Shown here one piece after another: positions 25,486-42,455 of a stretch of DNA of 64,000 nucleotides (position 1 is the stretch's first letter; the number at the start of each line of letters is the position of its first letter). The DNA is taken from assembly GCF_003334765.1 (NCBI RefSeq), contig NZ_QOWT01000001.1. One strand, written 5' to 3'. Position numbers and translations under genes: made by a program. Below the pieces are notes generated by a model. The model had not been told where the DNA came from. It ran no database searches and was given only the letters and a program-made list of their open reading frames with translations. This stretch comes from Escherichia coli (GTDB taxonomy: Bacteria; Pseudomonadota; Gammaproteobacteria; Enterobacterales; Enterobacteriaceae).

Positions 25486-26661
25486 TTACAGCTTGTTGTA
25501 AACACGCGCTAAACGGCCGTGGCCTTTGACAGTCACCGGTGATTCGTTGGCGGCAATAAACGCTGATTCACCCGGTTTAAGCTGTAACTGCTGAGAACCT
25601 TTCCACAACGTTGCATCGCCTTCGACGCAGAACAAAATGGCGGCACTCTGCTGGCTAATGGTGGTTTCTTTATCACTAAGGTCATGCAGCGAGAAGGCAA
25701 AATCATCCACTGGAATCGGGAAGTCCAGTTCTGCACCTTGTTTCACCGGCTGGGTCAACAACTGGTTAGCCGGTTTGGCTTCGAATTTCACATTGGCAAC
25801 CAGTTCCGGAATATCAATGTATTTAGGCGTCAGACCCGCACGCAGCACGTTATCGGAGTTTGCCATCACTTCCAGCGCCACGCCTTGCAGGTAAGCGTGC
25901 GGTGTTTCAGCGAACAGGAACATCGCTTCGCCAGGGTTCAATTTCACCACATTCAGCAATAGCGGGGAGAACAGACCGCTGTCTTCCGGGTAAAATTCAG
26001 AAATTAAACGAATCGTTTGCCACGGTTCACCCTGCTGGCTATCGAGGGCCGATTTTAAAATCGCCAGCGCGCGGGATTTTTCTTCACCCTGCATATTCAA
26101 CAGGCTGGCGAACAGTTCGCTTAAACGTTCGGCATCAGGCTGTTGTAAAAAGTGAGCAATCGCCGGATGTGCACCTGCGACCGGCTGGAGTAGGGAGACA
26201 ATCTCGGAAAATTCACGAAACGCGTTCATCGCAAGGAAAGGCGTCAGCGCAAAAACCAGCTCCGGCTTGTGGTTAGGATCTTTATAGTTACGCTCGGCGG
26301 CATCCATCGGGATACCTGCGGCATTTTCTTTGGCAAAACCGATTTCAGAATTGTGTTTGTTTGGATGAACCTGAATGGAGAGTGGCTGTGCTGCGCATAA
26401 TACTTTGAACAGGAAAGGCAGTTCGCCAAAGCGTTTGGCAACGGCCTCTCCGAGCAGAGTCGATTTATCACTCTCAATCACATCACGCAGTGAAACGATA
26501 TCTCCGGCGGCATTCTGCACTCGTGAACTGCTTTTCGGATGTGCGCCCATCCACAGCTCGGCCATCGGCTGGCTGGACGGATTTTCCATACCATAAAGTT
26601 CAGTCAACGCCGTTTTGCTGCCCCAGGCATAGTTTTGCACTGAGTTAATGAGTTTTTGCAT
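25486..26661 (-). CDS. manA: mannose-6-phosphate isomerase (type I PMI)
   Basis: ORF track gives 417 aa; trimmed to MQKLINSVQNYAWGSKTALTELYGMENPSSQPMAELWMGAHPK... (391 aa). Confidence 0.92.
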   Translation of the reverse strand: MQKLINSVQNYAWGSKTALTELYGMENPSSQPMAELWMGAHPKSSSRVQNAAGDIVSLRDVIESDKSTLLGEAVAKRFGELPFLFKVLCAAQPLSIQVHPNKHNSEIGFAKENAAGIPMDAAERNYKDPNHKPELVFALTPFLAMNAFREFSEIVSLLQPVAGAHPAIAHFLQQPDAERLSELFASLLNMQGEEKSRALAILKSALDSQQGEPWQTIRLISEFYPEDSGLFSPLLLNVVKLNPGEAMFLFAETPHAYLQGVALEVMANSDNVLRAGLTPKYIDIPELVANVKFEAKPANQLLTQPVKQGAELDFPIPVDDFAFSLHDLSDKETTISQQSAAILFCVEGDATLWKGSQQLQLKPGESAFIAANESPVTVKGHGRLARVYNKL

Positions 26662-26859
26662 GATCAATCCCTGTTTTAATGTGGAAATTAATCCCACTAT
26701 TAAAGCAAGAATCCTACGGGAAGTAACCTGGAGCCGCAAAAAGTCGTACTAGTCTCAGTTTTTGTTAAAAAAGTGTGTAGGATATTGTTACTCGCTTTTA
26801 ACAGGGCAACGGAACACCCGCCCAGAGCATAACCAAACCAGGCAGTAAGTGAGAGAACA

Positions 26860-28506
26860 ATGTCAAACAAACCCTTTCATTATCAGGCTCCTTTTCCACT
26901 CAAAAAAGATGATACTGAGTATTACCTGCTAACCAGCGAACACGTTAGCGTATCTGAATTTGAAGGGCAGGAGATTTTGAAAGTCGCACTCGAAGCGTTA
27001 ACTCTGTTGGCGCGCCAGGCGTTTCATGATGCGTCGTTCATGCTGCGTCCGGCGCACCAACAACAGGTGGCCGACATTCTGCGTGACCCGGAGGCCAGCG
27101 AAAATGATAAATATGTGGCGCTGCAATTCCTGCGTAACTCCGACATCGCGGCGAAAGGCGTTCTGCCAACCTGTCAGGATACCGGCACCGCGATTATTGT
27201 TGGTAAAAAAGGGCAGCGTGTATGGACCGGTGGTGGTGATGAAGCGGCGCTGGCGCGCGGTGTCTATAACACTTATATCGAAGATAATCTGCGCTACTCG
27301 CAAAACGCGCCGCTGGATATGTATAAAGAAGTGAATACCGGCACCAATCTGCCAGCGCAGATCGATCTTTATGCCGTTGATGGCGACGAATACAAATTCC
27401 TCTGTATCGCCAAAGGTGGTGGTTCGGCAAACAAGACGTATCTCTATCAGGAAACCAAAGCGTTACTGACGCCGGGGAAACTGAAAAATTACCTGGTTGA
27501 GAAGATGCGCACGCTGGGTACGGCGGCCTGTCCTCCGTATCATATTGCGTTCGTTATTGGTGGAACTTCTGCAGAAACGAACCTTAAAACGGTGAAACTG
27601 GCTTCCGCGAAATACTATGATGAACTGCCAACGGAAGGGAATGAGCACGGTCAGGCGTTCCGCGATGTGGAACTGGAAAAAGAATTGCTGATCGAAGCGC
27701 AAAATCTTGGTCTGGGTGCGCAGTTTGGTGGTAAATACTTCGCTCACGACATCCGCGTGATTCGCCTGCCACGTCACGGCGCATCCTGCCCGGTCGGTAT
27801 GGGCGTCTCCTGCTCTGCTGACCGTAATATCAAAGCGAAGATCAACCGTCAGGGGATCTGGATCGAAAAACTGGAACATAATCCAGGCAAATATATCCCG
27901 GAAGAGCTGCGCAAAGCGGGAGAAGGCGAAGCGGTGCGCGTTGACCTTAACCGTCCGATGAAAGAGATCCTCGCACAGTTGTCGCAGTATCCCGTTTCTA
28001 CACGCTTATCGCTTAACGGCACGATTATCGTCGGTCGTGATATTGCTCACGCCAAACTGAAAGAGCGGATGGATAACGGTGAAGGGCTGCCGCAGTACAT
28101 CAAAGATCATCCGATTTACTACGCGGGTCCGGCCAAAACGCCGGAAGGTTATGCCTCCGGTTCTCTTGGCCCAACGACCGCCGGACGGATGGATTCTTAT
28201 GTCGATCAACTGCAAGCGCAGGGCGGAAGTATGATCATGCTGGCGAAAGGCAACCGCAGCCAGCAGGTGACGGATGCCTGTAAAAAACACGGCGGCTTCT
28301 ACCTTGGCAGTATCGGTGGTCCGGCCGCTGTATTGGCGCAGGGAAGTATTAAGAGCCTGGAATGTGTTGAATATCCGGAACTGGGAATGGAAGCCATCTG
28401 GAAAATTGAAGTGGAAGATTTCCCGGCGTTTATCCTTGTGGATGATAAAGGAAATGACTTCTTCCAGCAGATACAACTCACACAATGCACCCGCTGTGTG
28501 AAATAA
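26860..28506 (+). CDS. fumA: class I fumarate hydratase (Fe-S)
   Basis: 548 aa, [42 protein letters not shown]...; assigned fumA rather than fumB from the adjacent fumC. Confidence 0.92.
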   Translation: MSNKPFHYQAPFPLKKDDTEYYLLTSEHVSVSEFEGQEILKVALEALTLLARQAFHDASFMLRPAHQQQVADILRDPEASENDKYVALQFLRNSDIAAKGVLPTCQDTGTAIIVGKKGQRVWTGGGDEAALARGVYNTYIEDNLRYSQNAPLDMYKEVNTGTNLPAQIDLYAVDGDEYKFLCIAKGGGSANKTYLYQETKALLTPGKLKNYLVEKMRTLGTAACPPYHIAFVIGGTSAETNLKTVKLASAKYYDELPTEGNEHGQAFRDVELEKELLIEAQNLGLGAQFGGKYFAHDIRVIRLPRHGASCPVGMGVSCSADRNIKAKINRQGIWIEKLEHNPGKYIPEELRKAGEGEAVRVDLNRPMKEILAQLSQYPVSTRLSLNGTIIVGRDIAHAKLKERMDNGEGLPQYIKDHPIYYAGPAKTPEGYASGSLGPTTAGRMDSYVDQLQAQGGSMIMLAKGNRSQQVTDACKKHGGFYLGSIGGPAAVLAQGSIKSLECVEYPELGMEAIWKIEVEDFPAFILVDDKGNDFFQQIQLTQCTRCVK

Positions 28507-28510
28507 ACAG

Positions 28511-28536
28511 AGCCGCCCTTCGGGGCGGTTTTTTTA
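28511..28536 (+). terminator. intrinsic terminator downstream of fumA
   Basis: agccgccc-ttcg-gggcggt followed by a run of 7 T, directly after the fumA stop. Confidence 0.7.
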
Positions 28537-28648
28537 CATGGCACGAAAGACCAAACATTTGTTATCAAATGGTAAATAATAAGTGAGCTAAAAGTTGCTT
28601 AACGAAAGCAAAACAGAAAGAAAAAATTAATCAGGTGAGGAGCAGGTC

Positions 28649-31011
<2,363 letters not shown>

Positions 31012-31053
31012 TTATAGCACAGTCGTGGTGACTTGACCATCGTGCGCGTAGTG

Positions 31054-32355
31054 TCAGGCAGAGGTAAATTGCGGGATGTTATGCCATAACGGCCAGCTAA
31101 ACGAGAAGCGGGCACCACCCAGTTCGCTGGTGTCACAATTAACCGTACCGCCCATTGCCAGTGCTATAGAGTGGACAATTGCCAGCCCCAGCCCGCAGCC
31201 GCCGGTTGAGCGATCCCGGCTGGGATCGAGGCGAACAAAAGGTTCAAAGATATGTTCGCGGTTTTCTGGGGCAATCCCTGGGCCATCATCCTCAACAATT
31301 AATGTCGCTCTATTCCCCGACAGTAGCAGGCTGGTTTCAACCGTTGAATGGCAGTACCGCAGGGCGTTATTGAGCAAATTATCCAGCACGCGCTCCATTA
31401 AGCGCATATCCAACGCCGCATAATGGCCTTGCACGAGCGTTTTTATCCGTACCGTTTTATCGGGCGTTACTGCCTGAATATCTGCCAGATGCGTTGACAG
31501 CCACAACGGCAGGTCTGGTTCGCTAAGATGAAGCTCGTTTTGTGGGCGATCGAGTCGGGCATAAGTCAGCAGCTCTTCAATTAAAGCTTCAAGTTGACTG
31601 ATATCACGATTCAACGCCTGGGATTCGGCGGCGCTCAGGTTATCGCTCATCTCCAGTCGATAACGCAGGCGCACTAACGGTGTTCGCAGTTCGTGAGCGA
31701 TACCGTCAATAAGCTGTTTTTTGCTGGCAATTAAGGCGTTGATATTGTCCGCCATCTGGTTAAATGCGACGCCAAGTCGTTCAAAGCTCGAACCCTCATC
31801 AAAGTGGATACGTTCATTGAGATGCCCATCGCCAAATCGTTGCGCCGCTGCTTCCAGTTTTAACATATCCTGCCAGTGCGGACGCATCCAGATAAACACC
31901 GGAAAGGCGAGGGAAATAGCAATAAAAGCGATCAGGGCGATATCCAGCAATCGCATCTGATGGAGATAATAAAGATAAGGAACAGGACCAACTGCCAGCA
32001 CGTAGTGGCTGCGCGGGATACGCTGCAAAAACGTGTACTGATCGTCCAGGGCGACAATTTCGCCGCCACGCAGTCGGTGCATGGAAATATCATCAAGATG
32101 GTATTTACTCAGTGGCTCGACACGCAGATCGAAAGAGAGATTTAAATCCATCTCTTTCAGAGTTTTACCCCAGTCGTGTGGGGGGATCTCACGCAATTCG
32201 CTGCGCATCAGATACAGCGAACTGTTCATCAAATCATCCAGCGACTGTTTGCCCGCGCGTTCGGCGGTAAATTTGTACACCAGCCCAACCAGCAGAGACA
32301 TCACAAGGAAGCAGACAAACAATAACAGGTAAAACTGGATAAACAGTTTTTTCAT
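31054..32355 (-). CDS. rstB: two-component sensor histidine kinase RstB
   Basis: 433 aa; two TM segments, HAMP, H-box GIAHELRTPL, HATPase motifs DDGPGI and GLGLAI. Confidence 0.92.
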   Translation of the reverse strand: MKKLFIQFYLLLFVCFLVMSLLVGLVYKFTAERAGKQSLDDLMNSSLYLMRSELREIPPHDWGKTLKEMDLNLSFDLRVEPLSKYHLDDISMHRLRGGEIVALDDQYTFLQRIPRSHYVLAVGPVPYLYYLHQMRLLDIALIAFIAISLAFPVFIWMRPHWQDMLKLEAAAQRFGDGHLNERIHFDEGSSFERLGVAFNQMADNINALIASKKQLIDGIAHELRTPLVRLRYRLEMSDNLSAAESQALNRDISQLEALIEELLTYARLDRPQNELHLSEPDLPLWLSTHLADIQAVTPDKTVRIKTLVQGHYAALDMRLMERVLDNLLNNALRYCHSTVETSLLLSGNRATLIVEDDGPGIAPENREHIFEPFVRLDPSRDRSTGGCGLGLAIVHSIALAMGGTVNCDTSELGGARFSFSWPLWHNIPQFTSA

Positions 32356-32358
32356 CGC

Positions 32359-33078
32359 TTATTCCCATGCATGAGGCGCAAAAAGATAGCCTTTGTTACG
32401 CACAGTTTTAATGCGATAAGGTTCTGCGGCGTTATCGAGCAGTTTTTTTCTTAACCGCGAAATAGCCACGTCCACGCTACGATCCAGTCCGTCATAACTG
32501 ACGCCGCGTAAATTTTTCAGCAATGCATCGCGGTCCATGATTTGCCCGGCATGGGTAGCTAATTCCCACAATAATTCGAAATCAGCTGTCGAGAGCGAGA
32601 TTTCAGTGTTAGCCAGGGTGACTACGCGGTTGATGGGATCGATGGTCAACGTGCCGAAATGCAGGGCTTTGTAGGGAGTCAGAGACGTTTCCTGAAGACC
32701 TTTGGTCAGTGTGGCTTGCTCATTCTGACGCAAATGCAAACGTAAACGCGCTAGCAAAACAGCAGGGGGCGTCGTTTTGAGAATATAGTCGCAGGCACCC
32801 ATTTCCAGTGCCAGGATGTGGTTCATATCGCTATCGAGAGAGGTTAGAAGAACAATCGGTCCAGACCACTTTGCGCGTAAATCACGACAAATGGTCATGC
32901 CGTCCTTGCCTGGTAGCATGATGTCGAGTAACACCAAATCCGGATTTTCTCGCAAAATGGTTTCTTCGGCCTGGTCGCCGCGCGGCTCTACGGTAACCTG
33001 CATATCATGTTTTGCCAGGTACGCGGCAATCAGTGAACCGACTTCCGCATCATCTTCCACAAATACGATAGTGTTCAT
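32359..33078 (-). CDS. rstA: OmpR-family response regulator RstA
   Basis: ORF track gives 259 aa; trimmed to MNTIVFVEDDAEVGSLIAAYLAKHDMQV... (239 aa); receiver Asp in LVLLDIMLPGKDG and winged-helix output domain. Confidence 0.9.
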   Translation of the reverse strand: MNTIVFVEDDAEVGSLIAAYLAKHDMQVTVEPRGDQAEETILRENPDLVLLDIMLPGKDGMTICRDLRAKWSGPIVLLTSLDSDMNHILALEMGACDYILKTTPPAVLLARLRLHLRQNEQATLTKGLQETSLTPYKALHFGTLTIDPINRVVTLANTEISLSTADFELLWELATHAGQIMDRDALLKNLRGVSYDGLDRSVDVAISRLRKKLLDNAAEPYRIKTVRNKGYLFAPHAWE

Positions 33079-33206
33079 AACATTCACGGTAGATATAAAA
33101 ACGTCACAATACACCGCGCTGTTTTTACTTACTATCAATCGTTTCTAAACAAGTTTTCATCAGGTATTCTACTGATGACTTGTTATGGAAGTGTTAAGGT
33201 AAAAAG

Positions 33207-33542
33207 ATGGGGCTGGTAATCAAAGCCGCGCTCGGTGCGCTGATAGTGCTGTTGATTGGTGTTTTAGCAAAAACGAAAAATTATTATATCGCCGGGCTGA
33301 TTCCACTTTTCCCGACCTTTGCGCTTATCGCGCATTATATTGTTGCCAGCGAACGCGGCATTGAAGCCTTACGCGCAACCATCATTTTTAGTATGTGGTC
33401 GATTATTCCCTATTTTGTTTACCTGGTGTCGCTGTGGTATTTCACCGGAATGATGCGCTTGCCCGCCGCTTTTGTTGGTTCTGTTGCGTGTTGGGGGATA
33501 AGCGCATGGGTGTTGATTATATGCTGGATAAAGCTGCATTAA
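33207..33542 (+). CDS. ydgC: GlpM-family small inner-membrane protein
   Basis: 111 aa, four predicted TM helices, MGLVIKAALGALIVLLIGVLAKTKNYYIAGLIPLFPTF... Confidence 0.85.
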   Translation: MGLVIKAALGALIVLLIGVLAKTKNYYIAGLIPLFPTFALIAHYIVASERGIEALRATIIFSMWSIIPYFVYLVSLWYFTGMMRLPAAFVGSVACWGISAWVLIICWIKLH

Positions 33543-34261
33543 CGCAGATGACGACCGCCATCAAGTGGGAAACTGCGTCCGGTGACAAAGCAACTGGTAA
33601 GTAAGTAATCGACCAGGTCGATCACTTCTTTCTCGCCAGGCGCGGTTTTCATCAGTGATTTATTCAGCGCCTGTTGTCGATATTCGGCATCATCATGTTC
33701 ATTAAACAGGATCAGCGATGGCGCAATAGAATTCACTTTCACTTCCGGTGCCAGCTTGCGGGCAAACGAGCGGGTCATATTATCCAGTGCCGCTTTGCTT
33801 GCAGCATACGCAATATGTTTGTCGCTACCGCGCTCCACCACATAATCGGTAAAGTGAATGATATCGCTGGCGGCGTGTCCGTGCCCACGCAGTAATCTTT
33901 CCAGCGCATGGTTGAGCAGGTATGGGGTATTAACGTGGATCTGCATCATGCAAGCCAGTACGTCGGCCAGTGGCGCACCCGGTTTTTCCGCCATCCACGC
34001 ACTGGCGTTATGCAAAATAGCACGCAGACCATGGGTGCTTTTTAGTACTTCATCGGCAAACGCCATCACACCGTCGTTGGTCGAAAAATCAGCCTGAATA
34101 CACTGCGCACCTGCATTAATCAGTCCATCAATGGCTGGATAGTGTGTCCGATAGCTGACAATCACCGGTTGCTTTTGATTAATGAAATGCCATGCGAGGG
34201 CGAGGCCGATGCGACGACCTCCGCCAGTAATTAATATTGGCAAGGGCTGGGTTTTACCCAT
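33539..34261 (-). CDS. folM: dihydromonapterin/dihydrofolate reductase (SDR family)
   Basis: 240 aa, MGKTQPLPILITGGGRRIGLALAWHF..., SDR YxxxK motif YAASKAAL. Confidence 0.9.
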   Translation of the reverse strand: MGKTQPLPILITGGGRRIGLALAWHFINQKQPVIVSYRTHYPAIDGLINAGAQCIQADFSTNDGVMAFADEVLKSTHGLRAILHNASAWMAEKPGAPLADVLACMMQIHVNTPYLLNHALERLLRGHGHAASDIIHFTDYVVERGSDKHIAYAASKAALDNMTRSFARKLAPEVKVNSIAPSLILFNEHDDAEYRQQALNKSLMKTAPGEKEVIDLVDYLLTSCFVTGRSFPLDGGRHLR

Positions 34262-34297
34262 CGTTATCTCCTTTGCTATCCAACGATGGGATGAACG

Positions 34298-35680
34298 TTA
34301 TCCCACCAGCATCCAGGTCGCCGGAACTGAGGCAATTAACAGCATGCCAATCAGCACCATTTCCTGACGGTTCAGTACATTATCATGGGTATGCGTTTTG
34401 CGCGCGTACAGGAAAACCAGCAGCCCCGGTGCATACAGAACAACGGATAACAGCAAGTGCATTGGACCAGAGGCGTACAATAACCATAAGCCATAAATGC
34501 AGGCACCGACACCTACCGCTTTATGCAGTGGACGGGTTGCGATTTTCAGCAAGAACGCGCCGACCAGGAAATAGGGCACCAGAATCATTTCTGAGGCGAT
34601 GGTCAGCAACGTGTTGTAATCGGAACCGGTCAGCCAGATGAGTACCAGACAAATTTGCACGCAGATGTTGGTCAACCACAGTGAGGCGGATGGCGCAGCT
34701 TGTGCGTTCTGGCGCGCAAAAATGCGCGGGAATGCTTTATGAGTGGCGGCCAGGAACGGTACTTCTGCTGCCATGATGGTCCAGCTTAAGTACGCGCCGC
34801 AAACGGAAACGATCAAACCGGCAGCGATGATGATTTCGCCCCATGGTCCCATCATTTCCACCATCAGACCGGCCATTGACGGGTTACGAATTTCAGCCAG
34901 TTCAGGACGTGCCACCACACCCAGCGAAAGCAGCGTTACCAGCAAGTAAACGCCCAGAGCGGAGAGAACCGCCAGCAGTGTCGCTTTGCCAACATCACGT
35001 TTATTACGCGCACGCGCAGAAACAACCACGGCACCTTCCACACCAATGAAAACCCACAGGGTGATCAGCATGGTGTTTTTCACCTGTTCCCAAACGGGTA
35101 CGCCAAGTGCAAGTCCGGTGAAGTCGAGCTTGAAGGTATCCAGTTTGAACATCATCATCGCCAGCACAACAAACAGACCCAGCGGCAACAATTTTGCCAG
35201 TGTCGCCACCAGGTTAATGCTGGCAGCGGTTTGCACCCCGCGCAGGATCAAAAAGTGAACAATCCACAATAAAGCCGATGCACCGACTATCGATTGCCAG
35301 GTATTACCATCGCCAAACAGGCGCAATTCCGGCGTGTCCGTAAAAAAGCTTAACGCGGAAAAAACGATCACCAGATAGGAGACGTTGGCGATGACTGCGC
35401 ACAGCCAGTATCCCCATGCGGAACAAAAGCCGATTAGCTCGCCAAACCCTTCGCGGGCATAGGTAAAGATACCGCCGTCAAGTTCGGGACGAATGCGCGT
35501 GAGGATCAGCATGGCAAAGGCCAGCAATAAAATGCCAGCGCCAGTAATACCCCAGCCGATGAGCAGTGCTGCCGGGCTGGCAACTGCCGCCATATTTTGC
35601 GGCAGACTGAAAACACCCGCGCCCAGCATTGAGCTTAATACCAGCGCGGTGAGTGCGCTCAGTCCCAGTTTCTTTTCCAT
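34298..35680 (-). CDS. ydgI: APC-family basic amino acid (arginine/ornithine-type) antiporter
   Basis: 460 aa, 12-13 TM segments, MEKKLGLSALTALVLSSMLGAGVFSLPQNMAAVASP... (ArcD-like). Confidence 0.88.
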   Translation of the reverse strand: MEKKLGLSALTALVLSSMLGAGVFSLPQNMAAVASPAALLIGWGITGAGILLLAFAMLILTRIRPELDGGIFTYAREGFGELIGFCSAWGYWLCAVIANVSYLVIVFSALSFFTDTPELRLFGDGNTWQSIVGASALLWIVHFLILRGVQTAASINLVATLAKLLPLGLFVVLAMMMFKLDTFKLDFTGLALGVPVWEQVKNTMLITLWVFIGVEGAVVVSARARNKRDVGKATLLAVLSALGVYLLVTLLSLGVVARPELAEIRNPSMAGLMVEMMGPWGEIIIAAGLIVSVCGAYLSWTIMAAEVPFLAATHKAFPRIFARQNAQAAPSASLWLTNICVQICLVLIWLTGSDYNTLLTIASEMILVPYFLVGAFLLKIATRPLHKAVGVGACIYGLWLLYASGPMHLLLSVVLYAPGLLVFLYARKTHTHDNVLNRQEMVLIGMLLIASVPATWMLVG

Positions 35681-35865
35681 CGATATCCAGTGATTAAAAC
35701 GTGATAAGAAGAATAAATATTAGGGCAAAACGCATAAAAATGGAGTTTGCCACTGAAGCGCGGGATTTTACGAAGAGATGTGTCTGCATGCAATGGTCGC
35801 GGGGAAATTTGTGACTAAAAATGCGAAAGGCGGCATCAAGCCGCCTTATAGGAGTAACTGAATAG

Positions 35866-36810
35866 TTATTTATACAGATCTGCGCTGACGGTCAGGTTAT
35901 TACCACGTTCCTGCCACTGGCGGGTGATGTGGTAATACTTAGCACCTTTCTTCGCGGCACGTTTCGCAACCTGATAGGAGACTTCGGTCATGTTGCCGTA
36001 GTTGCCAGAGAATTTGATGCTGTCGAACGGGACCATCATCGCTGCGGTCGCTTTGTTCAGTTCTTCGACTTTAGTGCCATCCGGGAGCGTGACGGTGTAA
36101 CGCCCGCCTTTTGATGACTGGGTTTCAAAGAAGCGACCGACTTCAGAACTTGGTGATGCGGTAGTCGCAACACCCGGGATCTCAACTTTCTTCGCGGCTT
36201 CGCCACCGGCAGCCAGAGCTGCACGTCCTGCTTCGGAATCTGCCGGGATCACATCCGGGCTCTGGACGATACGTTTCTTAGCATCTTTTTTATAGATGAA
36301 TGCAGTAATACGCTGGTTGCCGCCCTGGTTGGCATCGATTTGACGAACGATGTAGAAAGAGTAGGCACCTTTCGCTTTTGCCGCTTTGGTGATGGCATCA
36401 TTGACTTCTGGCTGGCTACGATAGAAGCCCTGGACGGTGACCGTGTCAAACGGTTCAATCAGAACAGCCTGATCTTTCGGCAGTTCGACAACACCGTTAA
36501 TTACGCGATTACTTGTTTCTTCTGCTTTTTCAGCATCGGCTTTATAGAGGTCAGCGACCACACGCCAGTTACCGCTGTTACCAAAATCAGAAGTGTCGAC
36601 AACATAAAAAGAGGCGGCACCTTCTTTATCTGCGCGACGAGAAACGGCTTTCACCGCTTCGCCAATAGCATTAAAACGACCGGTAACCACTACACGGTCA
36701 AAAGGTTTAACCGCTGCCGCTTGCTCCGGTGTCAGTTCTGTTGCTGCGTTAACGGAGAATGCCGTAGCAGAAAGCAGTGCCGACGCCAGGAGGGTGTTCT
36801 TAAGCTTCAT
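35866..36810 (-). CDS. ydgH: periplasmic protein YdgH (three DUF1471/YdgH-like repeats)
   Basis: 314 aa, signal peptide MKLKNTLLASALLSATAFSVNAA, three internal repeats of the ...FDxVxxxGxYxxxxExxxAxxxxAxKxGAxxFYxV... module. Confidence 0.88.
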   Translation of the reverse strand: MKLKNTLLASALLSATAFSVNAATELTPEQAAAVKPFDRVVVTGRFNAIGEAVKAVSRRADKEGAASFYVVDTSDFGNSGNWRVVADLYKADAEKAEETSNRVINGVVELPKDQAVLIEPFDTVTVQGFYRSQPEVNDAITKAAKAKGAYSFYIVRQIDANQGGNQRITAFIYKKDAKKRIVQSPDVIPADSEAGRAALAAGGEAAKKVEIPGVATTASPSSEVGRFFETQSSKGGRYTVTLPDGTKVEELNKATAAMMVPFDSIKFSGNYGNMTEVSYQVAKRAAKKGAKYYHITRQWQERGNNLTVSADLYK

Positions 36811-37270
36811 AAAAATAATCCTTCGCCTTGCGCAAACCAGGTACTGGTATTGTTATTAACGAGAAACGTGGCTGATTATTGCATTTAAACGGTGTAACTG
36901 TCTGCGTCATTTTTCATATCACATTCCTTAAGCCAATTTTAATCCTGCTCAAATGACCGTCTATGCTTAAAAAACAGCCGTATCAGCATCATTACTACTG
37001 AAGCAACTGAATTGTATAAGTTAATTTAATGTTAAGTAGTGATTCGTGCCGGGGCGATGTCTCGTTTTACCCGACCGTCGAAGACAATTATCAGTCTTTA
37101 TCCGGCGTTCTAAGGTGTTTATCCCACTATCACGGCTGAATCGTTAATATTTTGCGAGTTCACGCCGAAATACTGATTTTTGGCGCTAGATCACAGGCAT
37201 AATTTTCAGTACGTTATAGGGCGTTTGTTACTAATTTATTTTAACGGAGTAACATTTAGCTCGTACATGA

Positions 37271-38866
<1,596 letters not shown>

Positions 38867-38873
38867 GGGGTAA

Positions 38874-40265
<1,392 letters not shown>

Positions 40266-40269
40266 CCCT

Positions 40270-40300
40270 GACGGCCTCTGCTGAGGCCGTCACTCTTTAT
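40270..40300. terminator. bidirectional hairpin between the convergent pntB and tqsA 3' ends
   Basis: acggcctc-tgct-gaggccgt followed by cactctttatt. Confidence 0.5.
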
Positions 40301-41324
40301 TGAGATCGCTTAACAGAACGGCGATGCTTTGACCTCCCGCTGTTTGTTCAAGCGCAATTTTGACAATAATTGTCAACGGCACGGAAAGCAGCATACCCAC
40401 CGGTCCTAACAACCATCCCCAAAAAATCAACGACAAAAATACCACCAATGTGGAAAGCCCCAGCCCACGCCCCATGATACGCGGCTCCAGAATATTGCCG
40501 AAGACCAGATTAATCAGCAGATATCCCGCCAGCACCAGCAACGCTTCGTAGAAGCCATTAAACACCAGTACCTGAGCGATAGGGGGGATTGCCGCGAGGA
40601 CTGAACCAATATTCGGGATGTAATTAAGCGCAAAGGCCAGCAATCCCCAGACAAAAACGAAGCGAACATCGAGTGCGGCGAGCATCGCCCAGGCGACCAG
40701 GCCGGTGATGATGCTGATGGCTGTTTTCAGCACCAGATAATGAGAAACACTGTCAATCGCACGTTGAATCGCCGCCATCCCTTCAACCGGACGCGCCATC
40801 ATTTGCTGAAATTTTCCGGGCAATTGTGGCACTTCGAGCAGCATAAACAGCACCGTCAGCAGCAATAAAAATATTGATGACATGGCATTAGATAACTGCG
40901 TCAATAAGTTGGTGAGCAACGTCATCGCCGCGTTCGGATCAATATAATGCGCCAGCTGGTCAACTGAGACGTCAATCCCTACGCGTTGCAACAACGGTTC
41001 AAGCGCTTGCAGCGGCGTCATAATAGAGTTGCGATATTGCGGTAACGTCCGCGTCAACTCGTTGAGCGCGGAACCCAGATAAGCTAATAGCAACACCATC
41101 GCCATCACGATGATGGTCATCAAAATCGACACCGCCAGTACACGCGGCACACGCCAGCGGACCATGTGTTGCACCAGCGGGTTAAGAATAACAGCAATAA
41201 ATAATGCGAGAATAAACGGCACGATGATCTCGGCGGCAAAACGGATACCGCAGAGAATAATGACCAGCATTCCCAACATAATGACGATTTTTAGGCCATT
41301 GAGCGTGATGATCGGCTTTGCCAT
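40290..41324 (-). CDS. tqsA: AI-2 exporter family transporter (TqsA/YdgG)
   Basis: 344 aa, [42 protein letters not shown]..., 8 TM segments. Confidence 0.9.
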   Translation of the reverse strand: MAKPIITLNGLKIVIMLGMLVIILCGIRFAAEIIVPFILALFIAVILNPLVQHMVRWRVPRVLAVSILMTIIVMAMVLLLAYLGSALNELTRTLPQYRNSIMTPLQALEPLLQRVGIDVSVDQLAHYIDPNAAMTLLTNLLTQLSNAMSSIFLLLLTVLFMLLEVPQLPGKFQQMMARPVEGMAAIQRAIDSVSHYLVLKTAISIITGLVAWAMLAALDVRFVFVWGLLAFALNYIPNIGSVLAAIPPIAQVLVFNGFYEALLVLAGYLLINLVFGNILEPRIMGRGLGLSTLVVFLSLIFWGWLLGPVGMLLSVPLTIIVKIALEQTAGGQSIAVLLSDLNKE

Positions 41325-41735
41325 GCTTGTCCCCGTTTTTTCTTCCTTTGCTAATAATAATGTCTTTTTCGCTCCGTCATCATAACGAAAATCAAACCGC
41401 TCAGGTAAAGAAGTGAAAATATTTTGAGTTAATTCTTAAGCTATGATACAAATCAGGCGTGTTCAACTACCGAGGACAATTATCATCCGCGATGACGAGA
41501 AGCAACACTGCGGATAATTGTAATATTATGGACAATTTGTTCAGGACGTTATTTTCTACATTTACCCATCTTCGTACCTCATCCACTATCTTGCTCGTAG
41601 GTGAGCAGCACTGGCGCAACGCGCTTTAGTCCTTTCTTCTGCCAAAGCTTGCGCTATGCGCGGGGCTTGACCACTTTACTTTGGTTTCGCTGAATTAAGC
41701 GAAAATTAAAATAATTCTCTTGCAGGAGAAGGACA

Positions 41736-42101
41736 ATGTATATTTATTGGATTTTATTAGGTCTGGCTATTGCTACAGAAATTACCGGTACGCTGTCAAT
41801 GAAATGGGCGAGCGTCAGTGAGGGAAATGGCGGCTTTATTTTAATGCTGGTGATGATTTCTCTGTCGTATATATTTCTCTCTTTCGCCGTTAAAAAAATC
41901 GCCTTAGGCGTAGCTTATGCGCTGTGGGAAGGTATCGGTATTTTATTTATTACCTTGTTTAGCGTTTTGTTATTCGACGAAAGTTTATCGCTGATGAAAA
42001 TTGCCGGGTTAACCACCCTGGTCGCCGGGATTGTGTTGATAAAATCAGGTACCCGTAAAGCGCGTAAACCTGAACTGGAGGTGAACCATGGCGCAGTTTG
42101 A
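41736..42101 (+). CDS. mdtJ: SMR-family spermidine exporter subunit MdtJ
   Basis: 121 aa, four TM helices, [27 protein letters not shown]... Confidence 0.9.
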
Positions 42102-42417
42102 ATGGGTTCACGCCGCCTGGCTGGCATTGGCAATCGTGCTGGAAATCGTTGCTAACGTCTTTTTGAAATTTTCTGACGGCTTTCGTCGCAAAATATTTGG
42201 CTTGCTCTCCCTGGCGGCGGTGCTGGCTGCCTTTAGTGCGCTTTCTCAAGCCGTTAAAGGGATCGACTTGTCTGTCGCTTATGCATTGTGGGGCGGGTTT
42301 GGTATTGCCGCCACGTTAGCCGCAGGTTGGATCTTGTTTGGTCAACGGTTAAATCGTAAAGGCTGGATTGGCCTGGTCTTGCTGTTGGCTGGAATGATCA
42401 TGGTGAAACTTGCCTGA
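42088..42417 (+). CDS. mdtI: SMR-family spermidine exporter subunit MdtI
   Basis: 109 aa, [32 protein letters not shown]...; start overlaps the mdtJ 3' end by 14 nt. Confidence 0.9.
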
Positions 42418-42422
42418 TGAAG

Positions 42423-42452
42423 ACGCTGCCCGCGCTGTCGGGCAGCGTTTGA
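42423..42452. terminator. bidirectional terminator between mdtI and ydgD
   Basis: acgctgccc-gcgctgtc-gggcagcgt followed by ttgaacattattttt. Confidence 0.55.
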
Positions 42453-42455
42453 ACA

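Noticed and set aside
36340-36888. 182-aa plus-strand ORF antisense to ydgH
   Set aside because: Antisense to a gene with signal peptide and a conserved triple-repeat architecture; no recognisable domain.
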